DNA of 64,000 nucleotides from Escherichia coli (GTDB lineage Bacteria; Pseudomonadota; Gammaproteobacteria; Enterobacterales; Enterobacteriaceae): NCBI RefSeq assembly GCF_022846255.1, contig NZ_AP025682.1; one strand, 5' to 3'. Shown piece by piece: positions 1 to 10,905 of this stretch (position 1 is its first letter; each line of letters starts with the position of its first letter). The notes under the pieces were generated by a model. It saw only the letters and a program-made list of their open reading frames with translations, ran no database searches and was not told where the DNA came from. The position numbers and the translations under genes were made by a program.

Positions 1-540
1 CTGATGAACACCACCAACGCAATCCTGATCATCATGCTCAGCGTTGCAACTCTGACCACCGTTATCTGTAAAGTCGATACCGACAACATCCTCAACTCCA
101 GCACCTTCAAAGCAGGTATGAGCGCCTGTATTTGTATCCTGGGTGTTGCGTGGCTGGGCGATACTTTCGTTTCCAACAACATCGACTGGATCAAAGATAC
201 CGCTGGTGAAGTGATTCAGGGTCATCCGTGGCTGCTGGCCGTCATCTTCTTCTTTGCTTCTGCTCTGCTGTACTCTCAGGCTGCAACCGCAAAAGCACTG
301 ATGCCGATGGCTCTGGCACTGAACGTTTCTCCTCTGACCGCTGTTGCTTCTTTCGCTGCGGTGTCTGGTCTGTTCATTCTGCCGACCTACCCGACGCTGG
401 TTGCTGCGGTACAGATGGATGACACGGGTACTACCCGTATCGGTAAATTCGTCTTCAACCATCCGTTCTTCATCCCGGGTACTCTGGGTGTTGCCCTGGC
501 CGTTTGCTTCGGCTTCGTGCTGGGTAGCTTCATGCTGTAA
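1..540 (+). CDS. dcuA: Anaerobic C4-dicarboxylate transporter DcuA, C-terminal part (5' end lies outside the window)
   Basis: Open frame runs from position 1 to TAA at 538-540; hydrophobic DcuA/DcuB-type C-terminus; conserved position upstream of cutA-dsbD. Confidence 0.85.
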   Translation: MMNTTNAILIIMLSVATLTTVICKVDTDNILNSSTFKAGMSACICILGVAWLGDTFVSNNIDWIKDTAGEVIQGHPWLLAVIFFFASALLYSQAATAKALMPMALALNVSPLTAVASFAAVSGLFILPTYPTLVAAVQMDDTGTTRIGKFVFNHPFFIPGTLGVALAVCFGFVLGSFML

Positions 541-547
541 TGACCCA

Positions 548-575
548 TCGCGGGGCGTTCACGCCCCGCTTTCTT
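548..575 (+). terminator. Rho-independent terminator after dcuA
   Basis: GC hairpin cggggcg-ttca-cgccccg followed by a T-rich run. Confidence 0.6.
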
Positions 576-655
576 TCCCGCCGACTAACATCCTTCCCCC
601 GTCCGTTGTATAGTGACCTCTCTCTTGCGGTTCCATCTGTTCTTGCGAGGTGTTT

Positions 656-994
656 ATGCTTGATGAAAAAAGTTCGAATACCGCGTCTGTCGTGGTGCTA
701 TGTACGGCACCGGATGAAGCGACAGCCCAGGATTTAGCCGCCAAAGTGCTGGCGGAAAAACTGGCGGCCTGCGCGACCTTGATCCCCGGCGCTACCTCTC
801 TCTATTACTGGGAAGGTAAGCTGGAGCAAGAATACGAAGTGCAGATGATTTTAAAAACTACCGTATCTCTCCAGCAGGCACTGCTGGAATGCCTGAAGTC
901 TCATCATCCATATCAAACCCCGGAACTTCTGGTTTTACCTGTTACACACGGAGACACAGATTACCTCTCATGGCTCAACGCATCTTTACGCTGA
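656..994 (+). CDS. cutA: Divalent-cation tolerance protein CutA
   Basis: 112-aa product starting [25 protein letters not shown] at 656; 3' end overlaps the dsbD start as in E. coli. Confidence 0.9.
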   Translation: MLDEKSSNTASVVVLCTAPDEATAQDLAAKVLAEKLAACATLIPGATSLYYWEGKLEQEYEVQMILKTTVSLQQALLECLKSHHPYQTPELLVLPVTHGDTDYLSWLNASLR

Positions 995-2667
995 TCCTGC
1001 TACTTTGCAGCACTTCCGTTTTTGCCGGATTATTCGACGCGCCGGGACGTTCACAATTTGTCCCCGCGGATCAAGCCTTTGCTTTTGATTTTCAGCAAAA
1101 CCAACATGACCTGAATCTGACCTGGCAGATCAAAGACGGTTACTACCTCTACCGTAAACAGGTCCGCATTACGCCGGAACACGCGAAAATTGCCGACGTG
1201 CAGCTGCCGCAAGGCGTCTGGCATGAAGATGAGTTTTACGGCAAAAGCGAGATTTACCGCGATCGGCTGACACTTCCCGTCACCATCAACCAGGCGAGTG
1301 CGGGAGCGACGTTAACTGTCACCTACCAGGGCTGTGCTGATGCCGGTTTCTGTTATCCGCCAGAAACCAAAACCGTTCCGTTAAGCGAAGTGGTCGTCAA
1401 CAACTCAGCGCCACAGCCTGTGTCTGTTCCGCAGCAAGAGCAGCCCACCGCGCAATTGCCCTTTTCCGCGCTCTGGGCGTTGTTGATCGGTATTGGTATC
1501 GCCTTTACGCCATGCGTGCTGCCAATGTACCCACTGATTTCTGGTATCGTGCTGGGCGGTAAACAGCGGCTCTCCACTGCCAGAGCATTGTTGCTGACCT
1601 TTATTTATGTGCAGGGGATGGCGCTGACTTACACGGCACTGGGTCTGGTGGTTGCCGCCGCAGGGTTACAGTTCCAGGCGGCGCTACAGCACCCATACGT
1701 GCTCATTGGCCTCGCTATCGTCTTTACCTTGCTGGCGATGTCAATGTTTGGCTTGTTTACTCTGCAACTCCCCTCTTCGCTGCAAACACGTCTCACGCTG
1801 ATGAGCAATCGCCAACAGGGCGGCTCACCTGGCGGTGTGTTTGTTATGGGGGCGATTGCCGGACTGATCTGTTCACCATGCACCACCGCACCGCTTAGCG
1901 CGATTCTGCTGTATATCGCCCAAAGCGGGAACATGTTGCTGGGGGGCGGCACGCTTTATCTCTATGCGTTGGGCATGGGCCTGCCGCTGATGCTAATAAC
2001 CGTCTTTGGTAACCGCCTGCTGCCGAAAAGCGGCCCGTGGATGGAACAAGTCAAAACCGCGTTTGGTTTTGTGATCTTCGCACTGCCGGTCTTCCTGCTG
2101 GAGCGAGTGATTGGTGATATATGGGGATTACGCTTGTGGTCGGCGCTTGGTGTCGCATTCTTTGGCTGGGCCTTTATCACCAGCCTACAGGCCAAACGCG
2201 GCTGGATGCGCGTGGTGCAAATAATCCTGCTGGCAGCGGCATTGGTTAGCGTGCGCCCACTTCAGGATTGGGCATTTGGTGCGACGCATACCGCGCAAAC
2301 TCAGACGCATCTCAACTTTACACAAATCAAAACGGTAGATGAGTTAAATCAGGCGCTCGTTGAAGCCAAAGGCAAACCAGTGATGTTAGATCTCTATGCC
2401 GACTGGTGCGTCGCCTGTAAAGAGTTTGAGAAATACACCTTCAGCGACCCGCAGGTGCAAAAAGCGTTAGCAGACACGGTCTTACTTCAGGCTAACGTCA
2501 CTGCCAACGACGCCCAAGATGTGGCGCTGTTAAAGCATCTTAATGTCCTTGGCCTACCGACAATTCTCTTTTTTGACGGACAAGGCCAGGAGCATCCACA
2601 AGCACGCGTCACGGGCTTTATGGATGCTGAAACCTTCAGCGCACATTTGCGCGATCGCCAACCGTGA
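970..2667 (+). CDS. dsbD: Thiol:disulfide interchange protein DsbD (DipZ)
   Basis: 565-aa product starting [20 protein letters not shown]; central membrane domain; C-terminal thioredoxin-like CVAC motif. Confidence 0.95.
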   Translation: MAQRIFTLILLLCSTSVFAGLFDAPGRSQFVPADQAFAFDFQQNQHDLNLTWQIKDGYYLYRKQVRITPEHAKIADVQLPQGVWHEDEFYGKSEIYRDRLTLPVTINQASAGATLTVTYQGCADAGFCYPPETKTVPLSEVVVNNSAPQPVSVPQQEQPTAQLPFSALWALLIGIGIAFTPCVLPMYPLISGIVLGGKQRLSTARALLLTFIYVQGMALTYTALGLVVAAAGLQFQAALQHPYVLIGLAIVFTLLAMSMFGLFTLQLPSSLQTRLTLMSNRQQGGSPGGVFVMGAIAGLICSPCTTAPLSAILLYIAQSGNMLLGGGTLYLYALGMGLPLMLITVFGNRLLPKSGPWMEQVKTAFGFVIFALPVFLLERVIGDIWGLRLWSALGVAFFGWAFITSLQAKRGWMRVVQIILLAAALVSVRPLQDWAFGATHTAQTQTHLNFTQIKTVDELNQALVEAKGKPVMLDLYADWCVACKEFEKYTFSDPQVQKALADTVLLQANVTANDAQDVALLKHLNVLGLPTILFFDGQGQEHPQARVTGFMDAETFSAHLRDRQP

Positions 2668-2703
2668 ACGACACTTGCAGTGGGAAAGACGGAGGAAAAT
2701 AGC

Positions 2704-3279
2704 GTGCAACGTGAAGATGTACTGGGAGAAGCCCTGAAATTATTAGAATTACAAGGGATTGCCAACACCACGCTGGAGATGGTTGCTGAACGTGTGGATT
2801 ATCCACTGGACGAGCTACGCCGCTTCTGGCCAGACAAAGAGGCAATCCTCTACGATGCGCTGCGTTATCTTAGCCAACAGATAGATGTCTGGCGTCGTCA
2901 GCTGATGCTGGACGAAACGCAAACCGCCGAACAAAAGTTGCTGGCACGTTATCAGGCGTTATCGGAGTGCGTTAAAAACAACCGCTATCCGGGCTGTCTG
3001 TTTATCGCTGCCTGTACGTTTTATCCCGATCCTGGCCACCCTATTCATCAACTGGCCGATCAGCAAAAAAGCGCGGCCTACGATTTCACCCACGAACTGT
3101 TAACCACGCTGGAAGTTGACGATCCGGCGATGGTAGCAAAGCAGATGGAACTGGTGCTGGAAGGCTGTTTAAGCCGAATGCTGGTGAATCGTAGCCACGC
3201 GGATGTCGACACCGCACATCGGCTGGCAGAAGATATCCTGCGCTTCGCTCGCTGCCGCCAGGGTGGCGCACTGACCTGA
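2704..3279 (+). CDS. yjdC: TetR-family transcriptional regulator YjdC
   Basis: Product [31 protein letters not shown] (HTH); GTG at 2704 preceded by GGAGGA with 7-nt spacer; an alternative ATG lies at 2680. Confidence 0.8.
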   Translation: MQREDVLGEALKLLELQGIANTTLEMVAERVDYPLDELRRFWPDKEAILYDALRYLSQQIDVWRRQLMLDETQTAEQKLLARYQALSECVKNNRYPGCLFIAACTFYPDPGHPIHQLADQQKSAAYDFTHELLTTLEVDDPAMVAKQMELVLEGCLSRMLVNRSHADVDTAHRLAEDILRFARCRQGGALT

Positions 3280-3385
3280 CAGAAACACAGAAAAGAAGCG
3301 ATTTGCCGCAATCTTAAGCAGTTGAATCGCTTTTACTGAAATTAGGTTGACGAGATGTGCATATTACGGTTTAATGCGCCCCGTT

Positions 3386-3461
3386 GCCCGGATAGCTCAG
3401 TCGGTAGAGCAGGGGATTGAAAATCCCCGTGTCCTTGGTTCGATTCCGAGTCCGGGCACCA
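3386..3461 (+). tRNA. pheU: tRNA-Phe (GAA anticodon)
   Basis: 76-nt sequence gcccggatagctcagtcggtagagcaggggattgaaaatccccgtgtccttggttcgattccgagtccgggcacca; cloverleaf with GAA anticodon loop; position between yjdC and the cad locus. Confidence 0.97.
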
Positions 3462-3585
3462 AATTCATATCAACGGACCTCCACGGAGGTCCGTTTTTCG
3501 TTTCAGAACGCCACAATTTAAGCGTTCTACCTACAAATCAATTCTACCGAACTCAACCAGATTCCCCCCACATCAACCCCATTGT
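3439..3585 (+). repeat. Left copy (attL-like) of direct repeat: tRNA-Phe 3' end plus downstream about 120 bp
   Basis: ttcgattccgagtccgggcaccaaattcat...caaccagattcc recurs with a few mismatches at 46562-46700. Confidence 0.8.
3471..3500 (+). terminator. Rho-independent terminator of tRNA-Phe
   Basis: Hairpin ggacctcc-acgg-aggtcc followed by TTTTT. Confidence 0.75.
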
Positions 3586-3658
3586 GTGGGTATAATTGCG
3601 GGTATACCCCAGTTCGACAGAATTTGTACCCTCTTTAACGCATTCAGAAGGCTGTACT

Positions 3659-4924
3659 ATGGCACTGACTGACGCAAAAATCCGGGCTGCAAAGCCCTCT
3701 GACAAGGCTTATAAACTCACTGACGGGGCCGGCATGTTCCTGCTGGTTCATCCTAATGGTTCCCGTTACTGGCGTCTCCGTTATCGTATTCTGGGTAAGG
3801 AGAAGACTCTGGCACTTGGTGTGTATCCAGAAGTTTCTCTCTCCGAAGCTCGTACAAAACGGGATGAGGCCCGAAAACTGATTTCAGAGGGGATTGACCC
3901 TTGCGAACAGAAAAGAGTTAAAAAAGTAGTCCCTGATTTACAGCTCTCTTTTGAACATATTGCACGACGCTGGCATGCCAGTAATAAACAATGGGCACAA
4001 TCACACAGCGATAAAGTACTCAAAAGCCTCGAGACACACGTTTTCCCCTTTATCGGCAACCGGGATATCACAACACTCAATACCCCGGACCTGCTTATTC
4101 CTGTTCGTGCTGCAGAAGCAAAACAAATTTATGAAATCGCCAGTCGTCTGCAGCAAAGAATATCTGCTGTAATGCGTTACGCCGTACAGTCTGGCATCAT
4201 CAGATATAACCCGGCTCTGGATATGGCTGGTGCATTGACCACGGTAAAAGGCCAGCATCGCCCCGCTCTGAATCTTTCACGCCTGCCTGAACTTCTGTCG
4301 CGTATTGACGGTTATAAAGGCCAGCCTGTCACCCGGCTTGCCGTTATGCTGAATTTACTGGTTTTTATTCGTTCCAGTGAACTCAGATATGCCCGCTGGT
4401 CTGAAATTGATATTGACAATGCCATGTGGACTATTCCAGCCGAACGCGAACCTCTGCCTGGCGTAAAATTCTCACACCGGGGCTCCAAGATGCGAACACC
4501 ACATCTTGTGCCACTCAGCAAACAGGCTGTAGCCATACTGACAGAACTTCAGACATGGGCTGGTGAAAATGGTCTGATCTTTACGGGAGCACATGACCCG
4601 CGTAAACCAATCAGTGAAAATACTGTAAATAAAGCCCTGAGGGTGATGGGATATGACACAACCCGGGAAGTCTGTGGCCATGGATTCCGGGCGATGGCAT
4701 GCAGTGCATTGATTGAATCAGGTTTGTGGTCCCGCGATGCAGTGGAACGTCAGATGAGTCATCAGGAGCGTAATGGTGTACGTGCTGCGTATATCCATAA
4801 AGCAGAACATCTGGAAGAACGTCGACTGATGCTACAGTGGTGGGCAGATTTTCTGGATGCAAACAGAGAAAGATTTATCAGTCCATTTGAATATGCAAAG
4901 ATTAATAACCCATTAAAACAGTAA
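3659..4924 (+). CDS. P4/CP4-type tyrosine integrase
   Basis: Product MALTDAKIRAAKPSDKAYKLTDGAGMFLLVHPNGSRYWRLRYR, typical N-terminus of tRNA-associated phage integrases; immediately downstream of tRNA-Phe. Confidence 0.9.
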   Translation: MALTDAKIRAAKPSDKAYKLTDGAGMFLLVHPNGSRYWRLRYRILGKEKTLALGVYPEVSLSEARTKRDEARKLISEGIDPCEQKRVKKVVPDLQLSFEHIARRWHASNKQWAQSHSDKVLKSLETHVFPFIGNRDITTLNTPDLLIPVRAAEAKQIYEIASRLQQRISAVMRYAVQSGIIRYNPALDMAGALTTVKGQHRPALNLSRLPELLSRIDGYKGQPVTRLAVMLNLLVFIRSSELRYARWSEIDIDNAMWTIPAEREPLPGVKFSHRGSKMRTPHLVPLSKQAVAILTELQTWAGENGLIFTGAHDPRKPISENTVNKALRVMGYDTTREVCGHGFRAMACSALIESGLWSRDAVERQMSHQERNGVRAAYIHKAEHLEERRLMLQWWADFLDANRERFISPFEYAKINNPLKQ

Positions 4925-5218
4925 TCATCCCGGGCAAATGCCCGGGAATCTACTCCAGGATTATTTTCTTTGTTAAAAAAACAGACAAAACGGTATTAAC
5001 TTCGTAAGCGTACAGCGAGGGCCTTATTAGCGAGGAAGATTTCTCTTGTAGGTAGTAATGTAACCCAAAGATAACGGCTTCTTTAAACTTTTGGGCAGCA
5101 ACATTTATAATCTCATGGCTACTTTTCACTGCCAGGCTGATTTAAACACAACCATTTTATGTTGGTAAATCAACAAAGGGGACATATAGCCCCCTTCTTT
5201 CATCAGGTTAATTTTCCA

Positions 5219-5731
5219 TCAGTCGGTCCAAGTAGTTAATTCAAAGGTTGTCCGGTAGACTCCTGGAACCAATGTCTGGTCTCCGAGGATTTTTGCAGTT
5301 ATTCGACTTGTTGTCCCAACAACAAATGGAGCGAATCCGGCTCCACTACCTACCTTCACCCCATTAGCAAGGTTATCCCCTGCGTAGTTGTGAATCGGTG
5401 CGCCGTATGAACTAAGGTACGCTTTTGCAGTATGACCATCTGGCCCGGTAAAACTGAATGGCGCCTTCAACGGTCCTGGCGAAGTCTCTCCTTGAGGATT
5501 GCGGAGTTTTCCGAATGTTGGTGTTCCCCTGGTTTGAGTCATATCAAGGTGCCCCCAAACCTCACCATCTTTTGCATTTGTAGTCGTTGGCCCAGCGTCG
5601 ACCCAATCTATTGTGAATTCAGCATCTGATTCAACTGTATGAGTGGCTGTTACTGTCACAGCATGGCAAGTTAGCGCCATTGTTATACCTGCAATGACAC
5701 TGCTTGCGATAGCTATTTTCTTTAAATTCAT
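5219..5731 (-). CDS. Secreted adhesin subunit (AfaE/Dr-adhesin position), divergent sequence
   Basis: 170 aa with signal peptide MNLKKIAIASSVIAGITMALTCHA; last gene of a chaperone-usher cluster ordered like afaA-B-C-D-E. Confidence 0.5.
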   Translation of the reverse strand: MNLKKIAIASSVIAGITMALTCHAVTVTATHTVESDAEFTIDWVDAGPTTTNAKDGEVWGHLDMTQTRGTPTFGKLRNPQGETSPGPLKAPFSFTGPDGHTAKAYLSSYGAPIHNYAGDNLANGVKVGSGAGFAPFVVGTTSRITAKILGDQTLVPGVYRTTFELTTWTD

Positions 5732-6025
5732 ACCTTATCCTTATACTTGGTTATAATAAATGGCAAAACATATTTCTATAATACTGCTTCACCACAATAA
5801 ACACTGGCCCGCTATTTAAATACCCTGCAGGAAAACACGAATACATTAAGTCCCCCAACAGGACACATATAAATATTTAAATGCTTCCACCAGTGATATT
5901 TTAATGTACAGTCAACTACAACAGTAGCTGCCCGTTCATTAAACTTAACGTTCAATATATTTTCACAGATACTTAGCTACATATGTTCCATAACAGACGT
6001 CCACTTTTTGATGAAAAGGTGGACA

Positions 6026-6071
6026 CTGCATCACCAATACAAGTTTAACTGCATCACCAATACAAGTTTAA
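6026..6071 (+). repeat. Perfect 23-bp tandem direct repeat (2 copies) in the intergenic region upstream of the adhesin gene
   Basis: ctgcatcaccaatacaagtttaa repeated head-to-tail at 6026-6048 and 6049-6071. Confidence 0.8.
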
Positions 6072-6288
6072 TGGCTACATACGGCACTCAGTTTACACTT
6101 ACATTACATATGCATTTTAACACATCAACTATAACACCTTTATTTAAGTCTGTTGTGGACCATAGAATATGGTAAATTACAACAAGCAAAATAAAGTTAT
6201 ACATGCTTTTATAAAATAACATGCTATTTTAGAGGGCAGCCATTGACAACTGAATAGTTACTTTATTAGCATAAAGAAATTATGAATA

Positions 6289-6708
6289 TTATGAGCATTC
6301 TCCGCTAACTGATAATATATATTCATCAGGCCCAAGCAGCTGATTTCCGTCAATCACAACATCAAATGTATGCTGCTCAGGTATCCCGGTACTGACCATA
6401 CCTTGCCCATCACTTACCGATGGCAACCATCCTGCGCCATCCAACCTAACCCGCATTTCATTATGACTGTCATGTCTACCCAGTATAATATAGTGACCAG
6501 GAATATTTCCCATTTGTCTGCTATTCATCCAGATATGAAAACTTGTATAGGTGCCTCGGCAGATAATCCTTCCTGTTGCCACCTTCGTACCGTCTTTTAA
6601 CTCGCCACTCCTTCCATCACTGGTATTAAGACTCAGTTCAACTGCCTGCGCCAGACTGGATATAACCACCAGTACAATACCACTACATACTATCTGTATT
6701 TTCTTCAT
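6289..6708 (-). CDS. AfaD-like invasin/tip subunit
   Basis: 139 aa, signal peptide, KVATGRIICRG motif recalled from AfaD/DraD-family proteins. Confidence 0.6.
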   Translation of the reverse strand: MKKIQIVCSGIVLVVISSLAQAVELSLNTSDGRSGELKDGTKVATGRIICRGTYTSFHIWMNSRQMGNIPGHYIILGRHDSHNEMRVRLDGAGWLPSVSDGQGMVSTGIPEQHTFDVVIDGNQLLGPDEYILSVSGECS

Positions 6709-6723
6709 CAGGGTACTCCTTGG

Positions 6724-9312
6724 TCACATACACACAGTGCGCACCAGAAAAATACCAGTTGCTTCTTTCTCCTCTGGAAGTCGATAATTTGCACGGCAAG
6801 AACTGTTACGCCCCCATTGAACCTTCAACTGTCCGGTTTCATCCAGTCCGCTCAAATACACCTCTCCATTATCCCCCACAACCCCTGCCCCACCAGGCAT
6901 TTGACCTTTCTTTCCTTCCTCTGTCACCACAGCTCCAAAAGGCAGGCGAGAGCCGTCACTACGTGACAGAGTTATCAGTGCTCTTCCCCCTACTCGAGTG
7001 ATAAACTTCGCCCGAACCACGGCTCCCTTTGTAGGAACAACACGAGTATCTGTCTGTGATACTTCCACATTTTCCGGGAAAGTTGTCGGATCCAGTGTAA
7101 TAAGATTTTCTTGGTATGGAGATACATGATTCACAAGAGTGTAACCTCTGGTATCGGTCCTAACGCCAGGCAAACTCCCAACTGAAGCGCCATTAACTCC
7201 AGGTGCTACAACCAGAGCAACCGTATCCTCTCCTTTCTGACCAAGAGTGATACCTTCATTGTGGAGCACCATACCTCCTGATATACCAGCACTCATCTGG
7301 CGAATATGACTGCTGTAACTGTACATCCCCGCCAACTCACCATAGGTACCAAACCACCTCAAATTCAGTCGGCTACTGTCTACATTATTTTCACTTCCGG
7401 GAGCTATCCGCTCACTCACATCCCAATACAACCTACGGTCAAATGCGCGACCATTCAAACCGGTTTCGTACCAAGTATTCTGCCCCGTAGTTCTTTGCGT
7501 TTGAGTTGTAACATTAATATCGTTATCTCTACCCCCAATCCACTGCCCCAGAGGAATATTCATCCACAGATTGATACTATCCTCTATATGCCCTCTCTGA
7601 TAATATGCATTTGTACTATAGTTACGTGACCAATTAACGTACCACGAAATATTCTTCCATGACGTTCCATATGACATGCCGAAAGAATCCTGCTTCTGTC
7701 GGTTATGACGGAACTCATCACGGCTACCGTAAAGGCTCATATACCCCAGAGATCCCAGAGACTGATTAAGGCGTAATGTTGTCCGGCGACTCCTGTCCCC
7801 ACTATAACTATATGCACGAAAGTTATCATTTCTAAATGTACTCAGCACATCGGACAATGTGTGGAAGCCTGAGGACGTATACTGATATCTCGCCGCTGTC
7901 AAATCTGTATTCGTAAGTTCAAATGACTTGTTGTAACGCAGACGCCATGTCTCTCCCGTCTCCGTATCCCGTCCCTTCTGCTGACCGCGGGAATGAATGC
8001 CGTCAACCGACACCGCCCCCAGTCTGCCCATTGACCATCCCAGCCCCAGAGCCGCTGACTGATAATGCGATGACATCTGTGCTCCCCCGAAGGCCGTCAG
8101 CCCCCATGGCAGACCATACATGACACTCATCTGCCCCAGCGGTGAATGCTCAACAGCATCATCTGAAGAACGGTACTCCCCCCCGGCAATGCTGTACTTC
8201 ATATATCCCTCACGAAGCGCAATGGCCGGTGTGGTGTAAGGCACCGTAAACACCTGAGCAGTACCATCAGATTCCTGTACCGTTACCTGAAGGTCTCCAC
8301 CTGACCCCGTCAGCGGCAGGTCCGTCAGGGCAAATGCGCCCGGGGCCACCGTCCGGCTGTCAATCAGATAACCATTCTGGCGCACCTCAATCCTGGCCTG
8401 GGTCCGGGCAATACCTCTGACCACCGGCGCAAATTCACGCTGGTTATAAGGCACCATGCTCTCATCTGACCCCAGCATCACCCCACGGAACGGCACACTG
8501 TCAAAAATGTCTGAAGGCGTGTAATCCTCACCCAGCGTCAGACGACTTCTGAGACTGTTAATCCCCCGCTCCGCACGAATATAGGCACTCTCCCACTGCC
8601 CCGGCTGACCGGATGACCTGTTCCAGGTTGTCAGGTTACGCACCCGCCAGGGACCAAGATTAATGCCCGGCTCAAGAGTGACCCAGTAATTGTCAGTAAC
8701 CGATTTCCCGTATCCACGATATTCTGAACGACTGGTATTTGCCTGCCAGTTCAGCAGAAAAGCAGGAATACCATCATCCCATAAGGCCTCCGGCGCTATC
8801 CCCCTCAGTGGCGGGCGCAGGGCCACCTGAGGAATACTCAGCAGCAACTGCTGTGACGCAAACTGGTATGTTTCCGTGGCCTGTGGAATAACGGATAACT
8901 CAGCACAGGCGTCAGCTTCCTTTCCGTCATCCCCGTGAAACAACTCCGGATATTCCTCCGTCATGACACCATAGCGGGCCAGCATTTCCCGGGTCAGACA
9001 GGTTTTCAGATAAGTCTTACCCTCCGCATCTTTCTCCGTACGGAACGCCATGTCCCGCGAATCCACCCGCGAACCGTTCAGGATAATATCAACCGGATAG
9101 ATACCGGGCAGTTGGGCACCTTCTTCAAACAACGTCAGGTCCACCCCCTTTCCGCCACCTTTAAGCATGGAAGCATCAAAGGAGTATGTGCGGGCCTCAG
9201 TATTCCCGGTGTAAAGAAGGGTACAGGCCGCCATCACAGAGAGAGCAACCGCTGTAATTTTTGTTTTTACGCAATATAAAGATAAACCTGAAGATGACTT
9301 ATTCCTGTGCAT
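6724..9312 (-). CDS. Fimbrial outer-membrane usher (AfaC-like)
   Basis: 862-aa product with signal peptide and usher-typical length and composition; sits between chaperone and subunit genes. Confidence 0.85.
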   Translation of the reverse strand: MHRNKSSSGLSLYCVKTKITAVALSVMAACTLLYTGNTEARTYSFDASMLKGGGKGVDLTLFEEGAQLPGIYPVDIILNGSRVDSRDMAFRTEKDAEGKTYLKTCLTREMLARYGVMTEEYPELFHGDDGKEADACAELSVIPQATETYQFASQQLLLSIPQVALRPPLRGIAPEALWDDGIPAFLLNWQANTSRSEYRGYGKSVTDNYWVTLEPGINLGPWRVRNLTTWNRSSGQPGQWESAYIRAERGINSLRSRLTLGEDYTPSDIFDSVPFRGVMLGSDESMVPYNQREFAPVVRGIARTQARIEVRQNGYLIDSRTVAPGAFALTDLPLTGSGGDLQVTVQESDGTAQVFTVPYTTPAIALREGYMKYSIAGGEYRSSDDAVEHSPLGQMSVMYGLPWGLTAFGGAQMSSHYQSAALGLGWSMGRLGAVSVDGIHSRGQQKGRDTETGETWRLRYNKSFELTNTDLTAARYQYTSSGFHTLSDVLSTFRNDNFRAYSYSGDRSRRTTLRLNQSLGSLGYMSLYGSRDEFRHNRQKQDSFGMSYGTSWKNISWYVNWSRNYSTNAYYQRGHIEDSINLWMNIPLGQWIGGRDNDINVTTQTQRTTGQNTWYETGLNGRAFDRRLYWDVSERIAPGSENNVDSSRLNLRWFGTYGELAGMYSYSSHIRQMSAGISGGMVLHNEGITLGQKGEDTVALVVAPGVNGASVGSLPGVRTDTRGYTLVNHVSPYQENLITLDPTTFPENVEVSQTDTRVVPTKGAVVRAKFITRVGGRALITLSRSDGSRLPFGAVVTEEGKKGQMPGGAGVVGDNGEVYLSGLDETGQLKVQWGRNSSCRANYRLPEEKEATGIFLVRTVCM

Positions 9313-9479
9313 TATTCACACCTGAGCCACGGTTTCTTTTTATTTACATATGCCGGAGGATATACACACGTATTTGTGCGTTTGCACGCCTATTCACACA
9401 CACTTATTTCACACACGCTCAGTATTCAACCGGGTTAATCAAATAAGCCCGCCGCTGACGTTAATATTTATTCCGGCTT

Positions 9480-10247
9480 TCAGCTTTTTAATTCCGATTC
9501 AAACGGCTTACTCTTTCCGCCGTAATCCGTAATCACTGTCCAGCTGACTTTTCCTGATGCACCAGAAGGAATTTCATATTCGTAAGAGGAGTACGGAGAA
9601 ATATAACGATGCTCCTTAACCTCTTTCCCACCAACGCTCAGCTCTGAAATATTAATATAAAATGGTGTCGGGTTATTCCCTTTCAGTTTATTACCTGATT
9701 TTGTCCACTCCACTTTTCCGCCTGCATCCTCCGGACGCCCTTTAACCGCAGGCGGACGAACAAACAGCTTCACACAACTGCTGACGGAAAGATTTACCTG
9801 CAGGGTTGCCTTGTCAGCTTTCTTTTTATCAGCACCTTTCTCTTCTGCCCATCGGTCATCATGCTTTGGCGGAATGCCTTTCACACAAAGCCACTGCAGA
9901 CTCTCACGGTCCTCAGGAAAAACACCCCCGGTACGGACAATTCGCAAACGGCTCGACTGAAGTGCATCCAGACGGAAAAGCGGCGGCGTCACCACAAAGG
10001 GGGCCGGGTCCTTCTGATTCTCTGCCAGCACCTCTGACTGAACCAGCATCGGATAATCCAGGTCATTCATTACCGTCAGTGAGGCCCCCGATGAATCCAG
10101 GTTGTAAAACACCCTTGTGGCCCCCAGATGCAGGGAAAAAACCTTTGACGTAGTCTTCGTGCTTTCCTGGTTTCCGGCTGCCATTACGCCGGAAGCCGGC
10201 AACCCCGCCAGTATGCCAACGAGCGCTGCAAGATGTCTGATTTTCAT
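9480..10247 (-). CDS. Periplasmic PapD-like fimbrial chaperone (AfaB-like)
   Basis: 255 aa, signal peptide MKIRHLAALVGILAGLPASGVMA, chaperone-typical length, adjacent to usher. Confidence 0.8.
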   Translation of the reverse strand: MKIRHLAALVGILAGLPASGVMAAGNQESTKTTSKVFSLHLGATRVFYNLDSSGASLTVMNDLDYPMLVQSEVLAENQKDPAPFVVTPPLFRLDALQSSRLRIVRTGGVFPEDRESLQWLCVKGIPPKHDDRWAEEKGADKKKADKATLQVNLSVSSCVKLFVRPPAVKGRPEDAGGKVEWTKSGNKLKGNNPTPFYINISELSVGGKEVKEHRYISPYSSYEYEIPSGASGKVSWTVITDYGGKSKPFESELKS

Positions 10248-10324
10248 TATTTTATCCTGAAGGCAAATAAACCTTTTATAAATATGTTAATAGCAACCGC
10301 CCGACAGCTGTCACCAGTATCCCC

Positions 10325-10669
10325 TCAGACCCGCCAGTCACCACCACGCTTTACTGACCGATCACCCTCCTCTTCATGGTTCATTGCCAAACCAGAAACA
10401 TAATAAGGAAGCAGATTATTCACCGTCTGACTGAGGTGCTGAATCCGAACCAGCGCTCCTGATAAATACCCCTGAGAAACACCGTGCTGCTCACAGGCCT
10501 CCCTGCGGGTATATCCCATAACAAGATGCTCCCTGAGCGCATTAATCACTTTCTCACTGTGCATCCCGGATATTTCAATCAATAACCAGAAATGCCTTTC
10601 TGATACTTCCCCGGGCAGCAGAATCCCGGACCGCTCTTTCACCAGATGCAAACAAACCTCCGAATTCAT
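10325..10669 (-). CDS. PapB/AfaA-family fimbrial transcriptional regulator
   Basis: Internal ATG at 10669 gives 114 aa; motif FWLLIEISGMHSEKVINALREHLVMGYTRREACEQHGVSQGYLSGAL matches recalled AfaA/DaaA/PapB family. Confidence 0.65.
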   Translation of the reverse strand: MNSEVCLHLVKERSGILLPGEVSERHFWLLIEISGMHSEKVINALREHLVMGYTRREACEQHGVSQGYLSGALVRIQHLSQTVNNLLPYYVSGLAMNHEEEGDRSVKRGGDWRV

Positions 10670-10785
10670 AACCCCGTTTACTCTGACAGGGAAACAAACT
10701 CTCAGCATCAGCGCCGGAATGAACACCGGTAATCCCCTGCCTCGCCACCAACATTACCATGGAGTTTAATGCTGTAAATATGATT

Positions 10786-10905
10786 ATTGACGATCTTTTT
10801 AACCAAATAACAACAATTAAACAGGTTATAACACTACTCCAGTGCAAAAAATACAGCACTGAAATCCAGAAATCATATAAAATACAGATAAAAAGATCGT
10901 TTTTT
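10786..10905 (+). promoter_or_regulatory. Pap-type phase-variation switch region: two GATC (Dam) sites 103 bp apart in inverted ACGATCTTTT boxes
   Basis: GATC at 10792-10795 inside gACGATCTTTTt; GATC at 10895-10898 inside aaaAGATCGTttt (reverse-complement ACGATCTTTT); lies between the divergent PapB-like and PapI-like genes. Confidence 0.6.

Noticed and set aside
3347..3595. 82-aa ORF spanning the tRNA-Phe gene and its terminator
   Set aside because: Completely overlaps a structural RNA and its terminator; an artefact of six-frame translation.
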